A stretch of 30,033 bases of DNA from a virus. Taxonomy: Duplodnaviria > Caudoviricetes. Positions 9,037-17,175 of this stretch are shown in pieces. The stretch lies in IMG/VR virus record IMGVR_UViG_3300046002_000554, positions 1 through 30,033 of that record. One strand, written 5' to 3'. Under the pieces are notes generated by a model. The model was not told the origin of the DNA. It ran no database searches and was given only the letters and a program-made list of their open reading frames with translations. Made by a program: the position numbers and the translations under genes. Every line of letters begins with the position of its first letter. Position 1 is the stretch's first letter.

Positions 9037-11466
9037 CTATTTTGGCTCAAATGACGCTAGGTCAAAGCCATCAAGGGTGTCCTCATTCGACTCGAAATCG
9101 ACCGGTGGCAAGTTGTTTTTTCTTTGCTCGATCAATTTTGATTGCTGTGTATTCTGAATAGAAATCCGCTTGTCTTTAGCTTCTTCTTTCATTTTTTCTT
9201 TGTCGTTAATCATACTAGCGTCAACGCCCTTCAACTGCATGTTCATCTGGAACTCTTGCTGCATTAATTGCAACTTAATTTGAGCTTCCTGTTGCATTGT
9301 CTGAACTGAGAACATAGACTCTGCCTCCTTGATTCGGATCTTAGACTGTGTCTCTGCTTCGATCTGTGCCATCTTGGCCTCGGCTGCTGCCTGTGTAGCT
9401 GCGATGTTAGACTGAGACTGGAACTGAGACATCATCTGTTGTTTCTCCATGTCCTTCTTCTCCTTGTCCTTGCGCTTAACCTTCAACAACTGATTGGCAA
9501 CCTTCAAGTTCTTGATCTCACGGATGTCGATCGCGTCCTCGAGGGCTATCTGGTCACGGCTCAATGCCATCTGGATGTTAGCCTCAAGCTGTTGCTTCTC
9601 CTCCTCGTCAGGTGAAACCTCGATGAAGATACCAAAGTCGTGCAGATAGAGGTCCTTGATGCTGTCTAGGATCTGGATGTTATACTTACCGATCTGGTTG
9701 GCAAACTCCTCTCGGAACTCAGCGTACTCCAAGATGTCAGACACGCGGCAAGACAAAGCTTCAGACAACCTGCGTGTGATGAAGATACCACCGTCAAGAA
9801 TGTGACGAGTTGCAGTATTTGAGTTAGCGGCTGCCAGCTTCTGTACGCCCACCAAAGCATCGGCGCTAGGCATAGACCCGTCGCGTGCTTCGTTAAGCCC
9901 TGTAACGTCGCGTAGCATTCCCATGTACTGGTTGTATGCTGCGATCAGGCTAGAGATTTTACCCTGTGCTGCACTGTGGTTCAGCTCCTGGATTGGAACA
10001 CGTGCGTTGTTGAACTCACCGTCCTGTGTATAGCTACGTCCGATTACGCTACCCGTTTGGAAGTACATGCGTAGTGCGTCCTCTGGATTGTAAGCGGCTC
10101 CGTTACCAAGGTCAACCTCGTTCAGTCCGTCGGCGTCAATAAACACACCGTCTGGTACCATCTTGGTCAACACCTGTTGCAACTTAAGGTGAGTCATCTG
10201 GATCAAGTCAGCGAATGCTGTCATCCTGCGGCCCAAAGACTCGATGGCTCCCTTGTACATACGAGGGGCAACCATCACGTAGTTTGAGTACGCATACTGT
10301 GACGCAGACTTGGGGCGTGCCATGTTCTTGGACAGCTCCCACTTGATCAACTTGTTTGAGCCAAGTATCAAGATACCCTCGTACCAAACGTCAATACGCT
10401 TTTCGATACGCTCGAATCTTTCCTCTTGGTCTGTTGGAGGGTTGAAGCTCTCGTCCTTACGGATGATACGCTCTCCACCGCTCTCCAAGAACTTCTTCTT
10501 GTATACGAAGGTCTTGTCAGTTTTGTAGTTAAAGTACAACAGGGTTACAACGTCCTTGTCGAACAAGTCGTTCCTGTATGTACGCATGATGCCATAGTAG
10601 TCCCACCAAGCAGATCCAAGCTGTGAGGCTTCTTCTAGCTCTGCCTTTGTGATGTCTGGCTTGATCTTGATCAGCTCAGTGATCGGAACCTGCTTTACCT
10701 CTCCCCAGTAGAATACGTCGTCGAAATAGGGTGACTCGGTGTAACTGTATACCAAGTTGGCGGGGTCGACATATTCAACCTTAACTCCGGCGCCAGGTAG
10801 AAATGAGTGCTTCGCACCACCGATACCCAAAGTGGCAAGGTCGTAATCGATACGTTTTTTAGTGTCTGCATAGTTGTTCTGTTCAAGTAGGGTATTGATT
10901 GCTTGCTCTTCTGCAATCTCGATGCTTGGCTTATACTTCAACTGCATGTAAAGCTGCAACTCCTCATCGTTTGATGGAAGCTCCTCTACATTTGTGTTGA
11001 ACGCGTCTACGCCAAACTGTTCCTTTGTCTGTAGCAAGAAATCCTTAGCGACCATGTCGCCTTCGATCATGTCTTGGAACTGGTTACGCTGATCTGCCGC
11101 TAGTGCATCTTGCGCTACGGCCTTTACTGAAAAGTTTCTATCAGCCATTCCATTAACAACAATGTCAATGAACTTAGGCATGATAGGTACCGGTGTCCAA
11201 GAAAGGTTTAAATACGATAGGTCTCCATCGAATGACATCTCCTTTTTGTACTTCTCAACGGACTGCTCTCCGCGTGCATACAGGCGCAAACGGTGGAACT
11301 CCACCCACTGGTTATAGAACCTGCACGAGCCTGCATCTTTTCGGAACCACTCCGACTGCACCGCTAAACCAACCTGTAGACCGAACTCTTTAGACGCCTT
11401 CTCAGCGTCCGTGGCCAACTGGCTTGGGAAGGTAGTTGCATTGATTATTATTTTTGGATCTGTCAT
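9037..11466 (-). CDS. Portal protein, 809 aa
   Basis: RLYARGEQS, W.PVPI.PKF.DIVVNG, RDVTGLNEARDGS motifs; Q/M-rich coiled-coil C-terminus; follows the terminase. Confidence 0.88.
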   Translation of the reverse strand: MTDPKIIINATTFPSQLATDAEKASKEFGLQVGLAVQSEWFRKDAGSCRFYNQWVEFHRLRLYARGEQSVEKYKKEMSFDGDLSYLNLSWTPVPIMPKFIDIVVNGMADRNFSVKAVAQDALAADQRNQFQDMIEGDMVAKDFLLQTKEQFGVDAFNTNVEELPSNDEELQLYMQLKYKPSIEIAEEQAINTLLEQNNYADTKKRIDYDLATLGIGGAKHSFLPGAGVKVEYVDPANLVYSYTESPYFDDVFYWGEVKQVPITELIKIKPDITKAELEEASQLGSAWWDYYGIMRTYRNDLFDKDVVTLLYFNYKTDKTFVYKKKFLESGGERIIRKDESFNPPTDQEERFERIEKRIDVWYEGILILGSNKLIKWELSKNMARPKSASQYAYSNYVMVAPRMYKGAIESLGRRMTAFADLIQMTHLKLQQVLTKMVPDGVFIDADGLNEVDLGNGAAYNPEDALRMYFQTGSVIGRSYTQDGEFNNARVPIQELNHSAAQGKISSLIAAYNQYMGMLRDVTGLNEARDGSMPSADALVGVQKLAAANSNTATRHILDGGIFITRRLSEALSCRVSDILEYAEFREEFANQIGKYNIQILDSIKDLYLHDFGIFIEVSPDEEEKQQLEANIQMALSRDQIALEDAIDIREIKNLKVANQLLKVKRKDKEKKDMEKQQMMSQFQSQSNIAATQAAAEAKMAQIEAETQSKIRIKEAESMFSVQTMQQEAQIKLQLMQQEFQMNMQLKGVDASMINDKEKMKEEAKDKRISIQNTQQSKLIEQRKNNLPPVDFESNEDTLDGFDLASFEPK

Positions 11467-13676
11467 TATTTTCTTAACTCGCTGTGAAAGCCTTTGTTAT
11501 CGTATTGTGCAAATTTAAGGCTTATTTTTGACTTCTTTACCTCGGGTACATATAAATGTCGCTGCGTTGCCATAATGGCAAGGCCAGAGCTGATAGATGC
11601 GTCATGCTTTGTACGATTGTTGATGTCAAACCGTGCCCAGTCCTCTAAAGTTCTCGTGAACGGCATGGTGCCTATCTCGTCTGTCGGCCTGTACGTGCCC
11701 TCCATGTCGATGCCAACGTGCTGCTCGATGTACGTCTCGATCGCAGCCGCGTGGGCCTGCTTTACGTCCTCTGATGAGTTCGGTATTCCACCAAGCTCAA
11801 GCTCGGTCTTTGACAATTTGGCGATTGCCTTGTCTGGCCTATTCATCGCAAATGAACGATATCCCCTGTTCTTGAAGTGATACAGCAGTCGTGGCTTGTT
11901 GTTCTCCACAAGAATCGGCATGCCATAAAAGAAGCAGGCCATCAGTACGTCCTCAAAGAATATCTCCGCCGTCTGTGGACGCGCGATATACTCAAGGAAG
12001 AACTCGTTTACCGGCCCCTCGTCCATGTGGAACTTGGTCAGCCCGTGTAGCGATCCGTTAGAACCACCACCGCCAACGGCACCAGAGATGTCGTATGGGT
12101 CACACCCGAAGCAGCCCATGTGCTCGTTGCCCGGCTTGAACCTACCACCTGTCTTTAATACCTTGTTACGCTTGTTGTGCTCCGGCATCCATGACACCAA
12201 GAAGCGCCCCTTTCGGTCTGGAGTCCACACCACCTCAGAGTCTTTGATCCCATCTTTCCAGTGGAACGATCCGCGTGTGATGGACTGAATCTGCACCATC
12301 GTGTCGTTGTAGTCGATCTGCTGATAGATCTTGGTCAGGTTGAACAGAGAAGACTTGCTCTCGTCACGGAACGCGTGCGACTCCGTGCGTGGGAACTGAC
12401 GATAGAATTCGTTCAGTGCGTCCGCGTCGCTCTTCAGCGCTGCAACTTCGTTCTCCCAGTACTCAACAACGCTCTGCGTGATCCAGCTGCCGTCGATACT
12501 CTTAACCGGATTCTCTGGCTTCTCAAGGACCGGCCAGCCATGCTCGTCGATAAATCCTTCAAAGTTCCACTCCATCGGAATGAACAGCGAGTACAGGCCG
12601 CTCTTGGTCTGTCCGTTACTGCTTCGCTTTCTTGGGTCTGAGTCGTAGTAGATGTCCTTGAACCCCGATCCACCCTTGTCGAGTGCGTTCGAGGTAGAGC
12701 CCATCATACACTTTCCGATGATCCGCGAACCAAGACGTAGACATGTCTTTGTTACACGCCAGTTGTTCTCAATGTTATTTGGTGCAAGCCATTTACCGCT
12801 CTCGTCATGAACTAGTAGCTTCAACTTCTCACCATCATAGCTGTTGTCAGCCGTGTTCTTCCAGTCAATAGAAGTGTCAAGTCCCTCGATCTCCTCCTCA
12901 TTCTTGTCCATGTTCTTCCGCGTGATCTTAGACGCAGGCACACGGTATCCAAGCTCAGTCTTTGGCTTGTCCATACCGTCCTGCACCGGCTTGAAGAAGA
13001 ACGGGTAGTTGTTGGAGATGGGCACAACCTTGTCCGTGAACATGATCTTGGCATCGTTACCGGTCTTTGACAGGATACCAAGACGTGCGTTCTTGTTGAT
13101 CGTCGCCGTATTTACCAGCTCAGACGAGCTCATAAACGAGAATCCAGAACGACGGTTCTTGAGGTAGCACATGCCAAAGCATCGCGTGTCTGCCTTGCAC
13201 GCCTCCCAGAAGATGAAAAAAATCCGGTTAGACTCACGGAACTCTGGAAGACCAATGTCAATCTTGGTCCACTGCAAGTACATGTAGTGGGTTCCGGTGA
13301 TGTAGGTCTTCTGCTTGTTGTTCATGAACCAGAACCCGTTGTCCCTTCTGTCGAACTCGGTCTCGATGTAGTCGATCCACTTGGTCTTAAACTCGTTGTC
13401 GTACTTGTTCCAGTCGAAGATGGTCTTGATCTTTGCAAGGTCCTTTGGATACTCCTGCGGCTGCCACTTGGCGCCACGGTTCTGTATGTCCTTCGGCATC
13501 GGTAGTGCGATACGAAGTCCGTTGATCTCGTATACCGGCCCGATGGTTCCGTCTTTCGAGATGACCACAAAGTCGTGCTTCGGGTCCCACCCGTATTCCC
13601 AAGACTTATCCTTGTTCTTCTTGATGAGAACCTCTGGCCTTACAACGTCCTTGAGGACTTGGTACAGCTTGGTCAT
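11466..13676 (-). CDS. terL: Terminase large subunit, 736 aa
   Basis: Walker A variant LKNRRSGFS, Walker B LLVHDESGK, coupling motif GSTSN, RNase H-like nuclease FGCDPYD and C-terminal HDASISSGLA. Confidence 0.92.
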   Translation of the reverse strand: MTKLYQVLKDVVRPEVLIKKNKDKSWEYGWDPKHDFVVISKDGTIGPVYEINGLRIALPMPKDIQNRGAKWQPQEYPKDLAKIKTIFDWNKYDNEFKTKWIDYIETEFDRRDNGFWFMNNKQKTYITGTHYMYLQWTKIDIGLPEFRESNRIFFIFWEACKADTRCFGMCYLKNRRSGFSFMSSSELVNTATINKNARLGILSKTGNDAKIMFTDKVVPISNNYPFFFKPVQDGMDKPKTELGYRVPASKITRKNMDKNEEEIEGLDTSIDWKNTADNSYDGEKLKLLVHDESGKWLAPNNIENNWRVTKTCLRLGSRIIGKCMMGSTSNALDKGGSGFKDIYYDSDPRKRSSNGQTKSGLYSLFIPMEWNFEGFIDEHGWPVLEKPENPVKSIDGSWITQSVVEYWENEVAALKSDADALNEFYRQFPRTESHAFRDESKSSLFNLTKIYQQIDYNDTMVQIQSITRGSFHWKDGIKDSEVVWTPDRKGRFLVSWMPEHNKRNKVLKTGGRFKPGNEHMGCFGCDPYDISGAVGGGGSNGSLHGLTKFHMDEGPVNEFFLEYIARPQTAEIFFEDVLMACFFYGMPILVENNKPRLLYHFKNRGYRSFAMNRPDKAIAKLSKTELELGGIPNSSEDVKQAHAAAIETYIEQHVGIDMEGTYRPTDEIGTMPFTRTLEDWARFDINNRTKHDASISSGLAIMATQRHLYVPEVKKSKISLKFAQYDNKGFHSELRK

Positions 13677-13963
13677 TTAGAGAACCTTTCCGCAAAGCCC
13701 TTCTTAGTCTCAACAGCGTCGGGAGTCTTTTTGGCCTCCGGTGCGTCGAGCATGTTCCTCTCCTCCTGGATCCGCTTGAGGATGTCAAACGCGTCCATAA
13801 TGGCAAGCTTCTTTGTCGCCGCAGCGTTCTTTAACTTGTCGGCAGACAGGTCTGTCTCTGCTCCACCGTTAAGGATCGGCTCTTTAGCCACCAGTATCAG
13901 CTCTACGATGGCCTTCTCCGCGGCAGCGATGATCTTCTCTTTGAACTCTCTCTCGGTCGTCAT
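13673..13963 (-). CDS. Hypothetical helical protein, candidate terminase small subunit, 96 aa
   Basis: ATGA-coupled directly upstream of terL; ADKLKNAAATKKLAI motif; function inferred from position only. Confidence 0.5.
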   Translation of the reverse strand: MTTEREFKEKIIAAAEKAIVELILVAKEPILNGGAETDLSADKLKNAAATKKLAIMDAFDILKRIQEERNMLDAPEAKKTPDAVETKKGFAERFSK

Positions 13964-14517
13964 AACGCTACACAGATATTTTTGCTCATCATGCGGTACA
14001 GTTTCTCTCCGTCGACCTTGAACTCGTACTCGCTTTCGGGTTGAAAGCTGATCAAGTCGCCGTCTTTGAGGCCCTTTGAGTAAAGGTACTCATTTCCGTA
14101 CTTAAGAATTCCTAACAATGGCTTCTCTAGGTCCGTAGACATGATTACGCCCTCGTCGTAGTTATCTACAGGCTTGACCATGCAGTACGGGTGCGGGGCT
14201 TTCCACTGTCCGTCGTGCTTGTACAAAAAGTACTGGTCGTCCTCTATTAAGAATGTTTTGTCTCTGAAGTGTGATGGCCCGTAGACTTCTTTCCCACGGA
14301 TGTCGAAGTACTTTCTAAACACGTTGTGGTGTACCATCAGTGTGTCACCAGGGGTGATCTCCCCGGTGTATAAAATTGGAGTGGCGATGACCGTAGCGAA
14401 TCTGTTCGTTACTGTGTGGTCCTCCTTCGATGCGCTCAGTATGAGCCCGATTTCATTTGTGTTGTCGTAAAGCTTGTCGCCAACAGGCTCTACTACAAAG
14501 CAGAGCGGTGATTTCAT
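13960..14517 (-). CDS. Tandem GroES-like (Cpn20-like) protein, 185 aa
   Basis: Two repeats of the GroES pattern: FVVEP..GLIL..ATVIA..ITPGDTLMV and CMVKP..GVIM..GILKY..LKDGDLISF..FKVDGEKLYRM..NI. Confidence 0.65.
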   Translation of the reverse strand: MKSPLCFVVEPVGDKLYDNTNEIGLILSASKEDHTVTNRFATVIATPILYTGEITPGDTLMVHHNVFRKYFDIRGKEVYGPSHFRDKTFLIEDDQYFLYKHDGQWKAPHPYCMVKPVDNYDEGVIMSTDLEKPLLGILKYGNEYLYSKGLKDGDLISFQPESEYEFKVDGEKLYRMMSKNICVAL

Positions 14518-14522
14518 TTTAT

Positions 14523-14741
14523 TTAAAAGTCTATGTCGTATTCGATTGACACCGGCATGTTGCTATTGAACGACTTCCACAGCAACACGCCAGAGTTGTT
14601 CTTAATCCAAATCTCAATGAATCCTGTGTCACGCATGATAATCAAGTCGATGGTGTACTCACCACGCAGCACGTCCTGTCCATGAAGGTAGTTCATGGCA
14701 TTCTTGTAGTCTGCTCCAACCGATATCTTGCGTATAATCAT
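14523..14741 (-). CDS. Conserved hypothetical protein, 72 aa
   Basis: IRKISVGADYKNAM...LWKSFN.NMPVSIEYDIDF; ATAATG/TAA coupling with the upstream gene. Confidence 0.75.
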   Translation of the reverse strand: MIIRKISVGADYKNAMNYLHGQDVLRGEYTIDLIIMRDTGFIEIWIKNNSGVLLWKSFNSNMPVSIEYDIDF

Positions 14742-15001
14742 AATGCAACCCAGCCAGTAGACTTGTACTGGTACGTGCCCTCGGTTGCGTCTGTTTGGTA
14801 AACCAACTGACCCAATACTGGTGACACAATAGCAAGTCTCTGTGCTTGTGTAACTTTAGGAGCTCCGGCCCCAAAAGTATAAACAGCAACTGCGTCAACA
14901 GTTGTGTTATTTGTCGCACCGCCGGCAGGGGTGTTAGACATCAACAGCTTCTCGGTTCCCACCAAGGCTGTGTCGAGTGTGTAGTTATTTATGTTAGGCA
15001 T
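14738..15001 (-). CDS. Small fibre-associated protein, 87 aa
   Basis: C-terminal PKVTQAQRLAIVSPVLGQLVYQTD..G.Y.Y...W matches the C-terminus of the 24505-25371 fibre protein. Confidence 0.7.
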   Translation of the reverse strand: MPNINNYTLDTALVGTEKLLMSNTPAGGATNNTTVDAVAVYTFGAGAPKVTQAQRLAIVSPVLGQLVYQTDATEGTYQYKSTGWVAL

Positions 15002-15236
15002 TTTTTATTTCTCCTGTGCTTAGGTCGATCGTCACGTTACCGTACTTCTCGAACAGCTCTGCTTGGAACTTTGAAAGCTCCTCAGCGGCTATTTCGATCT
15101 CGAACAGTGAGCTCTGTTTCTTGGTTTTTAGTCTTGACAAAGATACTTCAATGTCAGAAATTTCTTCTTTGATGTTCTTAAGCTTGATGCTGAGAGACTT
15201 CAAGTTTTCCAATTCGTTTAATTCTAGTGTATTCAT
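14994..15236 (-). CDS. Coiled-coil hypothetical protein, 80 aa
   Basis: Heptad-rich, ends LFEKYGNVTIDLSTGEIK; TAGATTTG box at 15244-15251. Confidence 0.75.
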   Translation of the reverse strand: MNTLELNELENLKSLSIKLKNIKEEISDIEVSLSRLKTKKQSSLFEIEIAAEELSKFQAELFEKYGNVTIDLSTGEIKNA

Positions 15237-15643
15237 TTGCTTACAAATCTAATGATAATAATTAATAAAAGCAATACCAGCGCTGCCCAAATTGCAGTCT
15301 GCACATCTGTCATACCAGCCTTTACAACTTTTGGTGGCAGCTGGAAAGGAATTTTTGTAGTGATACGCACAGTGTCTGACTTGCACTTGGTGTAAACTTT
15401 GATTACGTTGTCCTTGCGAATAACCTGTGTGTAAACAAAGCTGTCCTCAATGGTAACCGTGTCGTAGCAGGTTGTCACAAAGCTGTCGTAAAGAACTCGC
15501 TCCTTTGTGGTGATTACGGTGTCATGGACTAAGACAGTGTCCCTACTCAAGAGTAGGGATGGGTCTTTTTTGATTGCACGCTTGATGTGCCAGTTCGCAC
15601 TGCAAGATGTGAGTAACAATATGGCAACAGCGTACTTGAACAT
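15233..15643 (-). CDS. Lipoprotein with a C-terminal transmembrane helix (unimolecular-spanin-like topology), 136 aa
   Basis: Lipobox LLLTSC after a short signal peptide; DT(V/I) beta-repeats; C-terminal WAALVLLLLIIIIRF. Confidence 0.6.
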   Translation of the reverse strand: MFKYAVAILLLTSCSANWHIKRAIKKDPSLLLSRDTVLVHDTVITTKERVLYDSFVTTCYDTVTIEDSFVYTQVIRKDNVIKVYTKCKSDTVRITTKIPFQLPPKVVKAGMTDVQTAIWAALVLLLLIIIIRFVSK

Positions 15644-15789
15644 TACTTTTTCATTTTGGCGTACATCATCTTCTCTTTGGCCTCAACTTTTTTGCCTTCT
15701 TTTTTTTCGTGCTTCATTTCGGCCTTCTTAGAGGTGTACTTTTCCATTCCGCCGTATTCAGATACGGTCTTTTTTATAGGTTTTTTCAT
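15643..15789 (-). CDS. Small Lys-rich protein, 48 aa; start corrected to 15789
   Basis: MKKPIKKTVSEYGGMEKYTSKKAEMKHEKKEGKK...; starts 4 nt after the upstream stop. Confidence 0.65.
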   Translation of the reverse strand: MKKPIKKTVSEYGGMEKYTSKKAEMKHEKKEGKKVEAKEKMMYAKMKK

Positions 15790-15793
15790 AGTT

Positions 15794-16084
15794 TTAACAT
15801 TTCCAGCGTCTACGTGCCTGTCTGAGGCGTGAATTTGGATCTGCAGCAGCCTTTGGAAAGTCTGCCATCTGCCCTGCACTGCGAGCACAGAATGACTTAC
15901 GACGCTTTGCGTCAGCGCTTCCAGCCTTTACCTTGCCGGTTACCGCCGTCTTTAACTTAGATCCTGGATTGGCCTTGCGATATGCAGCGACCCCCTTCTC
16001 GGTCATGCCGGCGCCCTTCTTCGTTGGAAGATAGTTAGCACCCTTTCCGGTGGTCGTCTTTGGTATTGGCTTATCCTTCGGCAT
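15794..16084 (-). CDS. Small basic protein (DUF6321-like), 96 aa
   Basis: RRKSFCARS.GQM...DPNSRLRQARRRWKC motif recalled from phage DUF6321 proteins; ATG at 16084. Confidence 0.7.
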   Translation of the reverse strand: MPKDKPIPKTTTGKGANYLPTKKGAGMTEKGVAAYRKANPGSKLKTAVTGKVKAGSADAKRRKSFCARSAGQMADFPKAAADPNSRLRQARRRWKC

Positions 16085-16304
16085 TTCCCTTACCACTAAA
16101 CTTATCGATAGACGTGAACCCGAGCGTGAGAATAGTCACCCACTCTACAGCGGCTACCAGCTCAGCGCTTGGAGCGATGTCTTGTGGGCTCATTGAGTTG
16201 TGGGCCATTGTTCCGAACAATACGAAGGCACCGATAATGCCAACGAAACGCTTGCTAGAAAGTTGACCGTTGTCTCCCTTGAAAATCTCAAGTATCTTTT
16301 TCAT
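16071..16304 (-). CDS. Holin-like two-TM membrane protein, 77 aa
   Basis: LSSKRFVG followed by two hydrophobic segments and LGFTSIDKF; TAAATTTG box 4 nt upstream. Confidence 0.6.
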   Translation of the reverse strand: MKKILEIFKGDNGQLSSKRFVGIIGAFVLFGTMAHNSMSPQDIAPSAELVAAVEWVTILTLGFTSIDKFSGKGNAEG

Positions 16305-16317
16305 AACGCAAATTTAC

Positions 16318-17175
16318 TTAATTAATTTTAAAGGCATTGAAGAATGTCCAGTTACCCATAGGCTCGCCAAATATAAACTCTCCACTTGTACTAGATGTAA
16401 ATCCTGAAAACTCCAAATAGTCAATAGCTCCGTTCATGTATACAATTGCGTTTGTTGTTTGAGTAAGACCTGTATTGGTTGGCAATAGGTCTTGCGCAAT
16501 CGCTACTGTGCTTGTGTTCTTTAGAATTTGAATATTTATCTGGTTACCCAATGTACCAATATCCCACTTTACCTGTAGTACAACATAGTAATATCCTGGT
16601 ACTGTAGGTGTCCATCTTTTAGATGTAGAGTTCCACCATCCATTTGGATCTTCTTTAGCAGTAAATCCAATTATTTCAGTACCATTTGTTGATACGTTTG
16701 TTGAAACCGTCAACCCACAATTAGTAAGCGCTGTCCCTCCGCCTCCACCACTAGAAGCAGCAGTAATTCTACCCTTTGCATCTACTGTTATGTTAGCATT
16801 TGTGTAAGACCCAGGGGTTACAGCTGTATTTGCTAGTGTAGCAGTTATAGCAGTCGCTCCTGAACCCGTAACATCACCGCTTAATGTAATTGTTTGGTTT
16901 CCACTAGCTGGAGTGTATCCAAGAGCTGTAGTGACGTCAGAGCCACTCAAGGTAACAGCACCGGTCCTCGTATTGAAACTAGTAACTAAGTTTGATGTGC
17001 TTAGCCCTAAAGTAACATGACCAGTTCCAGAGTCTACACCAGTACTGCTAATAGTCAAAGGACTATTAGCAGATACTCTAGTGATTAAAGATTCTCCAGA
17101 GACAGTTGTATTTATGTCACTTCTAAATACCGTCGAGTTTTCAATAAGAGTACCGGTGATCTGTGTTCTTGCCAT
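16318..17175 (-). CDS. Fibre protein with C1q-like/jelly-roll tip, 285 aa
   Basis: VTSFNTRTGAVTL and LSGDVTGSG...ITVDAKGRIT fibre repeats; C-terminal RWTPTVPGYYYV...VYMNGAIDYLE domain. Confidence 0.75.
   Translation of the reverse strand: MARTQITGTLIENSTVFRSDINTTVSGESLITRVSANSPLTISSTGVDSGTGHVTLGLSTSNLVTSFNTRTGAVTLSGSDVTTALGYTPASGNQTITLSGDVTGSGATAITATLANTAVTPGSYTNANITVDAKGRITAASSGGGGGTALTNCGLTVSTNVSTNGTEIIGFTAKEDPNGWWNSTSKRWTPTVPGYYYVVLQVKWDIGTLGNQINIQILKNTSTVAIAQDLLPTNTGLTQTTNAIVYMNGAIDYLEFSGFTSSTSGEFIFGEPMGNWTFFNAFKIN

Noticed and set aside
6616-13680. Long antisense or alternate-frame ORFs over capsid, portal and terminase (e.g. 226 aa at 6616-7296)
   Set aside because: Expected by-product of codon bias on the coding strand; no promoter boxes or recognisable domains.
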